Source of the DNA: a virus
Length of the DNA: 64,000 nucleotides
Virus record (IMG/VR): IMGVR_UViG_3300016445_000001
Reading direction: 5' to 3' (one strand)
A program made the position numbers and the translations under genes. Below are positions 8,456 through 15,995 of the stretch, one piece after another. Numbering within the stretch: position 1 is the first letter of the stretch; every line of letters begins with the position of its first letter. A model generated the notes under the pieces. It was not told the DNA's origin and made no database searches. It was given only the letters and a program-made list of their open reading frames with translations.

Positions 8456-8920
8456 ATGAAGATCCGTACCCTGATCGCCGCCGTCTGCACCGGAGGCGCG
8501 CTGCTGTTTGCCGCGCCCGCGGTCGCATCGGCGGCACCGGTGGCTGGCCCGTCCAGCCACGCCACGTTCCTTGCCTCCGCGCCCGGCCGGCAGAGCTGCA
8601 CGCCGGGCGCGATCGGCACCGACGTCTACTGGCGACAGCCCGGCAGCGTCACCGTCTGGTGGAAGTCCAAGGCCACGCCGACCGACGGCTGCGCCTGGAT
8701 CGCCCCCGAGGCCCAGGACAGCGGCGGCCACGACACCTACGGTGGCAAGATCCACTATGACAACGGCGTGCAGTCCAAGGCCACCGTGTTTGACCAGGGC
8801 TACCTGGGCAAGGGCTGGGTGGTCGAGTGGACCGGCGCGAGCTGCTGGAAGCAACGGCTGTACCCCACGCAGACGGCGTGGCAGCGGCGGACCAACAGCT
8901 ACTGTTCCGGCCTGCCCTAA
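8456..8920 (+). CDS. secreted protein of unknown function (Sec signal peptide)
   Basis: MKIRTLIAAVCTGGALLFAAPAVASA|AP is a typical signal peptide. Four Cys in the mature part. RBS AGAGGAG. Bracketed by hairpins. Confidence 0.7.
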   Translation: MKIRTLIAAVCTGGALLFAAPAVASAAPVAGPSSHATFLASAPGRQSCTPGAIGTDVYWRQPGSVTVWWKSKATPTDGCAWIAPEAQDSGGHDTYGGKIHYDNGVQSKATVFDQGYLGKGWVVEWTGASCWKQRLYPTQTAWQRRTNSYCSGLP

Positions 8921-9105
8921 CCGGCCCCGCCCCGAGCGCCGCTCTCCCCCGGGAGGGCGGCGCTTGGCGTTGCCAGCAGCAGCCGGATCGCCACCCGGAA
9001 GCCGTCGGTATTGGAGATCCCCTCCTCACGGCACCTGGCCAGGAACGGCAACCACAGCTCGTCCTCGATCCGGCCCGCGCTGCGGTTGGGCGTCTCGGCC
9101 ATCAT
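8917..9105 (-). CDS. small DNA-binding-like protein (ribbon-helix-helix candidate)
   Basis: 62 aa. GRIEDELWLPFLARCREEGISNTDGFRVAIRLLL resembles the strand-helix-helix layout of CopG/Arc-type proteins. Divergent from the operator-like site at 9135-9148. Confidence 0.4.
   Translation of the reverse strand: MMAETPNRSAGRIEDELWLPFLARCREEGISNTDGFRVAIRLLLATPSAALPGESGARGGAG
8935..8964. terminator. stem-loop between convergent genes (about 12 bp, one G-U pair)
   Basis: AGCGCCGCTCTCCC..GGGAGGGCGGCGCT. Overlaps the 3' end of the minus-strand ORF 8917..9105. Confidence 0.45.
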
Positions 9106-9134
9106 CAGCTCCCCGGCGCTACAGTAGGTATGTG

Positions 9135-9148
9135 GCTGTAAGTACAGG
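9135..9148. promoter_or_regulatory. operator-like near-palindrome gCTGTAAGTACAGG
   Basis: Core TGTAAGTACA recurs at 43564-43577 and 43583-43596, and inverted at 57337-57350. Lies in the divergent intergenic region 9106-9176. Confidence 0.6.
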
Positions 9149-9176
9149 GCAGCGGGAGCCCGTGCTTCCCGGGAGC

Positions 9177-9824
9177 GTGAGCGCCGCGGACAGGGCGGTC
9201 GGCGTGGTCAGCGTCGGTGCCACCGTGGCCGCCCTGGTGCTGTCCTATCGGAACCTCCTTGACTTTGCCACGGCAACGATCTACAAGATGCCGCTGGCCC
9301 TGATCTTTCCATTGATCATTGACTCGTTCGTGGTCTACGGGGAGCTGCGCCTCTACAGCGCCACCTGGCGCAAGGAGGACAACTGGATCAAGGCCAGGAT
9401 GTGGGCGATCACCATCGGCGGGCTGGCCGCCTCAGTGCTGGCCAACGGGTGGAAGTACGAGCACTCACCAAGATCATTCTGGCTCGCTGCGGCAGCGGCC
9501 CCGCTCGCCGCAGCGATTGGCCTGGGCGTCGGGCTCGGGCTGGTGAAGCGGAACGCGCAAGGGGCTGATCACTCCAAGCAGGAACAGCAGGGCATCCCCG
9601 CTGGTGCAGCCGAGCCCCGGTCGGTGGCGGCAGCACGCCCTGTGTCCGCAGACACTAGCCCGGCCCGGCGTCCAGCCGGCAAGGCGGACCCGGACCTGGT
9701 GGCCAAGCTACTCGCCGACCGGCGCGAGGGGCTCCCCCTCGGGCGGGTGAGGGTGGTCGAGCGGCACGGCGTCACCGAGCATGCGGCGCGGACCGCGCTG
9801 CGCGAGCTGAACGGAAGCGCATGA
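9177..9824 (+). CDS. DUF2637-like integral membrane protein
   Basis: GTG 9177 after GGGAG (alternative GTG 9162). VLSYRNLLDFA...LIFPLIIDSFVVYGELRL pattern and four TM segments are typical of DUF2637 proteins of actinomycete mobile elements. Confidence 0.6.
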   Translation: MSAADRAVGVVSVGATVAALVLSYRNLLDFATATIYKMPLALIFPLIIDSFVVYGELRLYSATWRKEDNWIKARMWAITIGGLAASVLANGWKYEHSPRSFWLAAAAAPLAAAIGLGVGLGLVKRNAQGADHSKQEQQGIPAGAAEPRSVAAARPVSADTSPARRPAGKADPDLVAKLLADRREGLPLGRVRVVERHGVTEHAARTALRELNGSA

Positions 9825-10051
9825 GCGACCAGCAGGATCTCTACCTCCAGCTCAAGGAGGCCCGGCCGGCGCACCCGTGGCAGGAGCTGCACGTCAAGGA
9901 CGGCGTGTGGGAGGGCCACCGGGCGATCGTCGTTACCACCGGCCCGGATGACGCCGCTGCGGTGTTCATGTTCGACTCGGCCGGCAACCTGACGCACCTC
10001 TCGGTGGTCGAGGCCCACGGCGAGGAGGAGGCCCGCTGCGGGCCAGGCTAG
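9821..10051 (+). CDS. hypothetical protein
   Basis: 76-aa ORF with an ATGA overlap to the upstream gene. Its stop shares CTAG with the convergent gene. Confidence 0.5.
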   Translation: MSDQQDLYLQLKEARPAHPWQELHVKDGVWEGHRAIVVTTGPDDAAAVFMFDSAGNLTHLSVVEAHGEEEARCGPG

Positions 10052-10272
10052 GGATCACACATCCCGGCCTGGGCCAGCGCCCTGATCTCGGCGGGGGTGA
10101 CCGTCACCTCGCCCCCGCCGTCCAGCTCCACCGTGATGTGCCGCGGCGGCTGGCCGCCCGCCGCGTGGTGCCAGTCCATCGTCACCTCGCCCATCGACCA
10201 GTCCTGAACGTCCAGCAGGACGCGCCCCCTGCCGTGGGGAGTCTCCACGCGGTCGCCTGGCAGGAACTGCAT
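10048..10272 (-). CDS. hypothetical small protein co-transcribed with the GntR regulator
   Basis: ATG 10272 overlaps the GntR TGA by 1 nt. 74 aa (MQFLPGDRVETPHGRGRVLL...). Confidence 0.55.
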   Translation of the reverse strand: MQFLPGDRVETPHGRGRVLLDVQDWSMGEVTMDWHHAAGGQPPRHITVELDGGGEVTVTPAEIRALAQAGMCDP

Positions 10273-11012
10273 CACATCTCCAAGATCAGCCGAGCCCGGT
10301 CCCCGGGCCAGCGCGTCACCGACACGAACACCACGCCGCCAGCATGCAGCCCGGTCCGGTGCTCGACAAGCAGCGGCACCCCTGGCGGGATCTCCAGCAC
10401 GCCCGTCTCGGCGTGGTCGGGCATCCGCGTCTCGATCTCCACCGTGATCGTGTCCGGCGACTGGCCGATGCCGGACAGGTAGGGGATCGAGCCCTCGGGG
10501 ATGTCCTCGGGGTAGGCCAGCTTGGTGCCCCGGGCCAGCACCCGCGGGAACGTCCACGTGACCAGGTTGTGCGGCTTGCCGTCCACCAGCCTGAGCTGCT
10601 CGCGGGTGATCACCGGCGTGGCCATCGAGAGGCCCAGCCGCCGCGCCAGCTCGCCCGCCTCGTGGGAGCGCACCCACAGCCGCACCCCCGGGACGTGGCC
10701 CAGGTCGGCGACGTCGTGCGCCCAGGAGTCAGCACCGGGCGTGGGGGACTGGTGGTTGGCCACCCGGGAGGCCGGGCGGGTGACGTGGACCTGGAGCAGC
10801 ACCCGCGGGTCCGCCACCTGGCGGCGGGCACCTCCTGCCCCGCGCACCAGCCCCCGGTTCTCCAGGTAGCCCAGCGCCTGGCGGACGGTAGACCGGGCGA
10901 GCTGGTGCTCCCGCGCCAGATCCGCCTCCGACGGCAGCAGGTCACCCGGCTTGAGTTCACCGCTGGTGATCTGCGCCTCGATCAAAGCCGCGAGATCCGA
11001 CCACTTGGGCAT
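10272..11012 (-). CDS. GntR-family transcriptional regulator, HutC subfamily (wHTH plus UTRA-like domain)
   Basis: LPSEADLAREHQLARSTVRQALGYLENRGLV is a canonical GntR wHTH. About 170-aa C-terminal effector-type domain. GGGAGG RBS before ATG 11012. Confidence 0.88.
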   Translation of the reverse strand: MPKWSDLAALIEAQITSGELKPGDLLPSEADLAREHQLARSTVRQALGYLENRGLVRGAGGARRQVADPRVLLQVHVTRPASRVANHQSPTPGADSWAHDVADLGHVPGVRLWVRSHEAGELARRLGLSMATPVITREQLRLVDGKPHNLVTWTFPRVLARGTKLAYPEDIPEGSIPYLSGIGQSPDTITVEIETRMPDHAETGVLEIPPGVPLLVEHRTGLHAGGVVFVSVTRWPGDRARLILEM

Positions 11013-11025
11013 GGAATCCCTCCCG

Positions 11026-11049
11026 CCTGTAGGGACTTGTACGAACAGG
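11026..11049. promoter_or_regulatory. degenerate operator-like copies CCTGTAGGGACTTGTACGAACAGG
   Basis: 11036-11049 matches CCTGTACTTACAGG at 11/14 and 11026-11039 matches at 10/14. Lies in the divergent region between the GntR gene and the 11095 operon. Confidence 0.3.
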
Positions 11050-11094
11050 AAGCGTACACTGACGGTCTGACCACACACAGTGAGGGAGGCGGCG

Positions 11095-11283
11095 ATGGCA
11101 CAGCGTGACGCTGAGCTGGAGCACAACGGCCGGCACGTTACCACTCTGCGCGTGGACGCCGACGCCACCCAGGACGAGCTGCGGGACGCTGCCCAGGACT
11201 GGCTGGAGTCCGACGGCTGGGACCGGGACCGGTTCCGCGAGTTTGAGCTGGTGTCCGGGCGCACCAGGGTGAGGGCCGCCTGA
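11095..11283 (+). CDS. hypothetical small acidic protein
   Basis: ATG 11095 after GGGAGG. First gene of the operon diverging from the GntR gene. Confidence 0.55.
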   Translation: MAQRDAELEHNGRHVTTLRVDADATQDELRDAAQDWLESDGWDRDRFREFELVSGRTRVRAA

Positions 11284-11531
11284 TGGCCGGGCACCGGGCA
11301 CGTCTTGCCGACGGCACCCGCGAGCCCAGGCGGTCGGACATGCGCGCGGTGAATCGCGGAGGCCACCGCGCTCGTGTCCACGCCGAGCCGACGGCCGAGG
11401 GCCAGTTCTACGCCGCGTACAACTGGCTCACCTCGGCCGCGGCCGGGCACCCGGGCCGCGCCGACGCGCTGCACCGTGTGGCCACGCTGATGGCCAACGA
11501 GGCCGCGGGCCTGGAGAGGAGCGCGGCATGA
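11283..11531 (+). CDS. hypothetical protein
   Basis: 82-aa ORF overlapping both neighbours. Confidence 0.45.
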   Translation: MAGHRARLADGTREPRRSDMRAVNRGGHRARVHAEPTAEGQFYAAYNWLTSAAAGHPGRADALHRVATLMANEAAGLERSAA

Positions 11532-11926
11532 GCCCGCCTGCCCAGGCAGAGGTGATCGAGCTGCCCCGCCGGCCACCCGCAGAGCCCGGAAGCGGTGGGG
11601 CCAACGCGCAGGCACGCGCGCCTGCGCGCGAGGAGCGCCGGCACCTGATGCCGTCCGCCACGGCGGTGAACGGGGTGCTGGCCGGCAGCTCGGTGCTCCA
11701 CACGCCGCCCCCGGCGATCATGGCCGTGTGGGCGCAGCACTGTGCTGCGGCCCGCTACTACAACGGGTGGATCTTGCGCTGGCCGCGGTTCATCTACGGG
11801 GCCTGGCACACCTGGACGGTGGCCGCGCCCGCCTACTTCATCGTGTGGGCCACCGACTCGATGCCCAAGCTGATGGCCACCGTGGCAGTCCTCGCTCTCA
11901 CCGTGTGGCTGCTGGCCGGGAGGTGA
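11528..11926 (+). CDS. membrane protein (Spd-like candidate)
   Basis: 132 aa with C-terminal hydrophobic helices. ATGA overlap. Confidence 0.55.
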   Translation: MSPPAQAEVIELPRRPPAEPGSGGANAQARAPAREERRHLMPSATAVNGVLAGSSVLHTPPPAIMAVWAQHCAAARYYNGWILRWPRFIYGAWHTWTVAAPAYFIVWATDSMPKLMATVAVLALTVWLLAGR

Positions 11927-11927
11927 C

Positions 11928-12344
11928 ATGTCCCTGACTCCGACTGAGCTGGGCGCGCTGCTGATCGCGCTGTCGATCACCGCCTACGCGCTCGGCCGCC
12001 TGCCCAAGGCCCGCGCCGTGGCGATCTTCCTGGGCGTGGTGCTGCTCGGCCTGTCCGGCCACCTGGTCAGCATCGCCGCCAAGGGGATCACGATCTTGCA
12101 GAGCCTGGGCGGCACCGCCACCGCGTGGGCGTTCGGCGCTGCCGTGCCCGGCCTGCTGGTGGCCGTCGGCGGGTTCATCCTGATCCACGACGTGATGCCC
12201 AAGCACAGCGCCAAGCGGCGCACGTTCTGGCTGGCGCTGGCGCTCGGCGTGATCGTCGCCGCGGGAGCGTCCGGTATCCCGGCGCTGTCCAACCTGGCAC
12301 CCGCCACCCGCACCGCGGTGACGCAGACCACCTCGGCAGGCTGA
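11928..12344 (+). CDS. polytopic membrane protein (Spd-like candidate)
   Basis: 138 aa, four hydrophobic segments. Confidence 0.65.
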   Translation: MSLTPTELGALLIALSITAYALGRLPKARAVAIFLGVVLLGLSGHLVSIAAKGITILQSLGGTATAWAFGAAVPGLLVAVGGFILIHDVMPKHSAKRRTFWLALALGVIVAAGASGIPALSNLAPATRTAVTQTTSAG

Positions 12345-12345
12345 C

Positions 12346-13206
12346 ATGCAACTGCTGCTGCTGGTAGCCATCCTGTGGGCGTGCCGGGAGGCGTGGAACA
12401 CCACCCACGCCGCGGCCGGGAGAGCCCGCACCCGCGCCCGTTCGGCGGCAACAGCACGGGGTGGCCACTACAACCGGGAGGCGGTCAAGCGCCGCGCCGC
12501 CCGCCAGGCGACCGTGGGCTACTGGGCGCGGGAGGCCCGCCACGGGTTCCCCGACACCCGCCACGGGTTCCGCGCCGGGTGGTCGGACCACCAGCACTCG
12601 GTGGCCGAGCATGACCGGGACGAGGCCACCCGGGAGGCCGACCGCGAGCACGAGCGGGCGGGCTGGCGGGAGCAGGCCGCCGAGCACCGCCGCCGCCTGG
12701 AGGAGGCGGCCCGCAAGCGGCGCGAGCGCGAGAAGGACTCCACGCCAGGAGATGGCGGCGGGGGACGGCCTGACCCGCCGCCCCTCGCCGACGGCACGAC
12801 GGCAGGCGCACCACACCCACCACCGAGCAGCAACGGGAAAGGACCACCAGTGACTACACCACCAGGCGGCGGCAGCGGCAGCGGCGGCGATGGCACCTAT
12901 GACGAGACACTCGCTATCTGCAAGCGGGCGGTCGAGCTGTGCGACCAGATGGCCGCGGACATGGACCTGGGCGCGGTCAAGGCCCTCGCCGACCAGCTCG
13001 GCGCGATGGTCCCCGAGGACAAGACGACACTGGGCATGGCCGGGGAGATGGCCACCGCGGCGCACGACGTAGAGACAGCGATCCGCGAGCTGCAAGAGCG
13101 CGCCCAGGCGCTGCACGATCGGGTCGAGCAGACCTACGGCCAGGTGCAGGAGGCCAAGGACGCCAGCGGCGAGAAGCTGCCCGAGCCTGAGTTCGTGGAG
13201 CACTAG
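12346..13206 (+). CDS. membrane-anchored protein with charged, Gly/Pro-rich and helical regions
   Basis: 286 aa. N-terminal TM (LLLLVAILWAC), Arg/Glu-rich segment, Pro/Gly linker, helical C-terminus. Confidence 0.55.
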   Translation: MQLLLLVAILWACREAWNTTHAAAGRARTRARSAATARGGHYNREAVKRRAARQATVGYWAREARHGFPDTRHGFRAGWSDHQHSVAEHDRDEATREADREHERAGWREQAAEHRRRLEEAARKRREREKDSTPGDGGGGRPDPPPLADGTTAGAPHPPPSSNGKGPPVTTPPGGGSGSGGDGTYDETLAICKRAVELCDQMAADMDLGAVKALADQLGAMVPEDKTTLGMAGEMATAAHDVETAIRELQERAQALHDRVEQTYGQVQEAKDASGEKLPEPEFVEH

Positions 13207-13207
13207 C

Positions 13208-15013
13208 TTGGCCAAGGCCCCCGACCCCAACCGGCCCCGGCGTTCCAAGCCAGGGCCGGTTGTGGTCACGGGGCCGGACGCGGACAAGATCGCCAAGCAG
13301 ATCCACCGCAACACCAAGCCCGAGCTGCGCCCGTTCCGGTTCCGCTACCAGCTCGCCCCGCTTGGCTGGGCGGGCCTGGCCGCCAGCGGCCTGGTGATCA
13401 CCTGGAGCGTGGCCGCCGTGGCGGGCCTGGTGGCCGCGGGCATCACAGTGGCGGCCACCCGTCACCGCGGCGCGTTCGCCAGGCGGCACTGCCAGGCGAT
13501 GGCAGCGTGGGCCGCCTGCTGGATGTTCGTGCTGAGCGTGGCCGGCCCCGGCCCGTGGCTGGCGGCAGGGCTGCTCGGCTGGGCCATCCCGTCGGCGTTC
13601 TGGCTGCACCACTACCGGTGGCGGCCCGCCACCTCGGAAGCGGCCCGGGAGCGGACGGTCGAGGAGAAGTGGGCGCTGCTCGCCGAGCGGATGAAGTGGG
13701 CGGCCGGGCTCAAGGTAATCGGGGCCATCGAGGGCGGCGAGCAGTGGGAGATCGTCTGCAACGGCGCGGTGACCCACATCGGCAAGATCCTCACCGCCCG
13801 GGATGACATCGCCGCGGCGTTCCACGCGGCGATCACTGAGGCGTATGCCGAGCCCCACCGGGACGGCAGGAGGCACCACGGGCTGCTGACCATCCTGCGC
13901 GAGGGCACCCTGGAGAAGGTCCGCGAGTGGGACGGCGGCACCATCGACCCGGAGACAGGGCTGGCGGTGATCGGCCGGTTCCCCGACGGCAAGCCGGTCC
14001 ACGAGCGTTACCTGGGCCTGCCCGAGGACGGGGTGAAACACACGATCATCGCCGGGGCCGACGGCAGCGGCAAGACAGCGACGATCAACCTCGGCCTGTC
14101 CATCTCGGCCACGTCCGGCCTGATCGCCCCGGTGATCTTGGACCCGCAGATGGGCCAGGCGCTGCCCGACTGGCGGGATTTCGTGCCGTATGCCTGCGGC
14201 GTGGACGAGTGCATGACCTGGCTGCGCGGGCTGCACGCCGGGATGTTCGCCCGGTCGGAGATGCTCGCCAACATCGCCTGGACCGACGCCAAGGGCCGGC
14301 CGCGGCGCGGCTTCCGGTTCTTCAACCCCTACATGCTGGCCAAGCTCGGCCTGGACGTGCCGATCATCGAGATCACCATTGACGAGGCCCCGATCCTGCT
14401 GGCCGTCAAGGGAGCCTCCGCGCTGATCTTGGACATCGCCAAGCTCGGCCGCAAGGCCGGGTTCCGGCTGCGGCTGGCCGCCCAGGTGCCCAGCCTCGCC
14501 GAGCTGAAAGCGGGCGAGCTGCGCTCGATCCTCAACGGCGGGAACGTGATCTGCCACCGCACCGGCGACAAGGTGAGCAGCGGGATGCTGAACATCCCGG
14601 CCAACCCGCACGAGCTGCCCAAGCAGTTCGCCGACGGCAGCCTGACCTACGGGCTCGGGTTCGCCGGCGGCCCGGACGCGCGGCCCTCGGTGACGATGCG
14701 CTCGGACTGGGTGCCCGACCCCTACGACGTCGCCGCCACCACACCGGTCCGCCAGCCGGACGAGCTGGTGTGGGAGCGGGTGCAGCACGCGGTGGCCGCT
14801 GCCGGCCAGGTGCTGCACGAGCTGCGCGAGGCGGCCGACGTCCAGAAGCTGCACGAGCTGGAGATCCTCGCCGCGCTCCAGCGGCCGATGGGACTGGGCG
14901 AACTGATCAGCACCGTCGATGGGATGACGGTCAGCCAGGTGGCCGAGGAGGTTGGCCGGCTGCGGGATGCTGGCAAGATCCGCGGAGACGAGCTACTGGA
15001 GGCAGTGACGTGA
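13208..15013 (+). CDS. FtsK/SpoIIIE-family DNA translocase, TraB/TraSA-like
   Basis: 601 aa, TTG start. N-terminal TM helices, Walker A GADGSGKT, Walker B IIEITIDEAP, C-terminal wHTH-like segment (GELISTVDGMTVSQVAEEVGRLRDAGKI). Confidence 0.85.
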   Translation: MAKAPDPNRPRRSKPGPVVVTGPDADKIAKQIHRNTKPELRPFRFRYQLAPLGWAGLAASGLVITWSVAAVAGLVAAGITVAATRHRGAFARRHCQAMAAWAACWMFVLSVAGPGPWLAAGLLGWAIPSAFWLHHYRWRPATSEAARERTVEEKWALLAERMKWAAGLKVIGAIEGGEQWEIVCNGAVTHIGKILTARDDIAAAFHAAITEAYAEPHRDGRRHHGLLTILREGTLEKVREWDGGTIDPETGLAVIGRFPDGKPVHERYLGLPEDGVKHTIIAGADGSGKTATINLGLSISATSGLIAPVILDPQMGQALPDWRDFVPYACGVDECMTWLRGLHAGMFARSEMLANIAWTDAKGRPRRGFRFFNPYMLAKLGLDVPIIEITIDEAPILLAVKGASALILDIAKLGRKAGFRLRLAAQVPSLAELKAGELRSILNGGNVICHRTGDKVSSGMLNIPANPHELPKQFADGSLTYGLGFAGGPDARPSVTMRSDWVPDPYDVAATTPVRQPDELVWERVQHAVAAAGQVLHELREAADVQKLHELEILAALQRPMGLGELISTVDGMTVSQVAEEVGRLRDAGKIRGDELLEAVT

Positions 15014-15408
15014 GAGACATCCCGATGCACACCGGCCCGGCGCAGCAGCTCGCCAACGGCGGCCCGCGGGTCCACTGGCTGGACGAGGACCAGCGGGTGC
15101 AGGACTACGACGGCGCGCTGCCCGCCTCGCTGCGGGTGATCGTCCGCGAGGTGTTCAGCCGCTCGACCGCCGACGGAAACGGTGAGGTCTACGTGGTGTT
15201 CCAGCTCGTGGAGGAGATCGACACCGGCGAGGAGGGCAACCGCCCCGAGGTGGTCACGCTGAACAGCCACGACAAGATCCTCAACCACCTGATCGCGGAG
15301 GCCGAGCCGATGGGCTCCGATGTCCAGGCCGCGGTGGTCCACGCCTACGGCGAGGGGATCAAGACAGGCAGGCATGGAGTGGTCGATGATCGCCAGCCTC
15401 CTGGTTAG
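15010..15408 (+). CDS. hypothetical protein
   Basis: GTG 15010 overlaps the translocase stop (alternative ATG 15025). Confidence 0.5.
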   Translation: MRDIPMHTGPAQQLANGGPRVHWLDEDQRVQDYDGALPASLRVIVREVFSRSTADGNGEVYVVFQLVEEIDTGEEGNRPEVVTLNSHDKILNHLIAEAEPMGSDVQAAVVHAYGEGIKTGRHGVVDDRQPPG

Positions 15409-15781
15409 CCGGGAGACGCGGCGGCGCTACCGGCACGGGCGGCCCCGTTCCAAGCAGCGCAGCTCGCGGATCAGCAAGCGGCTCCGCGCCCGGGTGATGC
15501 GCGCCGACCGGAAGCGGTGCGTCTACTGCGGCAGCAGGCAGCAGCCACAGATCGACCACGTGATCCCGTGGATCATGGGCGGCCTGACCTGGTATCCCAA
15601 CCTGTGCGTGCTGTGCAAGGAGCACAACGGGATCAAGGGGATCTACTGGGTGAGCCCGCAGGGCAAGACGTACTACAAGCCCGCGTGGGGTGCCCGCTCT
15701 GACGTGGCGATGGCGCGGGACATCCACGCCGCGGAGATCAGGGCTCGGCTGTCTCTTGGCCGGGCGTTCCGGGCGGGGTGA
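15374..15781 (+). CDS. HNH endonuclease
   Basis: CVYCGSRQQPQIDHVIPWIMGG...NLCVLCKEHNGIK is the HNH (H-N-H, Cys4) signature. Confidence 0.85.
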   Translation: MEWSMIASLLVSRETRRRYRHGRPRSKQRSSRISKRLRARVMRADRKRCVYCGSRQQPQIDHVIPWIMGGLTWYPNLCVLCKEHNGIKGIYWVSPQGKTYYKPAWGARSDVAMARDIHAAEIRARLSLGRAFRAG

Positions 15782-15995
15782 CCGGCAGGCACCCGGTGAT
15801 CGGGTCGGCCCGCGGGTCGCGGGGCTCGGTGTGCTCCCCGTCCGGGTCGAGCTGCTCCAGCACCAGCCGGATCGGCACGTCGGTGTGCCCGCCGGCCTGG
15901 AGCGCGCTCAGCACCCTGACCGCCTCGGCCACCCGCTCGCGCTCGGGGCACTTGTCAGCAGCGGGGGGCTCCTGCTGCCGCCAGGGGAGCCTCAC
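15738..15995 (-). CDS. hypothetical protein (last gene of the lysis/late operon)
   Basis: 85 aa. GTG overlaps the endolysin TGA (GTGA). Nearly every third codon position is G/C. Overlaps the convergent HNH gene by 44 nt. Confidence 0.5.
   Translation of the reverse strand: MRLPWRQQEPPAADKCPERERVAEAVRVLSALQAGGHTDVPIRLVLEQLDPDGEHTEPRDPRADPITGCLPVTPPGTPGQETAEP

Noticed and set aside
8508-9176. N-terminal 220-aa extension of ORF 8508..9824 and upstream extension of ORF 10272..11615 (447 aa).
   Set aside because: The extensions are Arg/Pro-rich and overlap the secreted-protein, RHH and divergent operon genes. Internal starts with good RBS (9177; 11012) give proteins matching the DUF2637 and GntR domain boundaries.
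10048-10677. 209-aa ORF overlapping the 3' half of the GntR gene in another frame.
   Set aside because: Only the last 74 aa (from ATG 10272, coupled to the GntR stop) look protein-like. The rest is Arg/Ala/Gly-rich and overlaps a well-supported gene.
14812-14860. 13-bp direct repeat GCTGCACGAGCTG (14812-14824 and 14848-14860) near the 3' end of the TraB-like gene, as a possible clt/TRS transfer locus.
   Set aside because: There are only two copies, both in frame and encoding the same LHEL peptide in a helical segment. A coding constraint is the simpler explanation. It is worth revisiting only if the translocase is shown to bind it.
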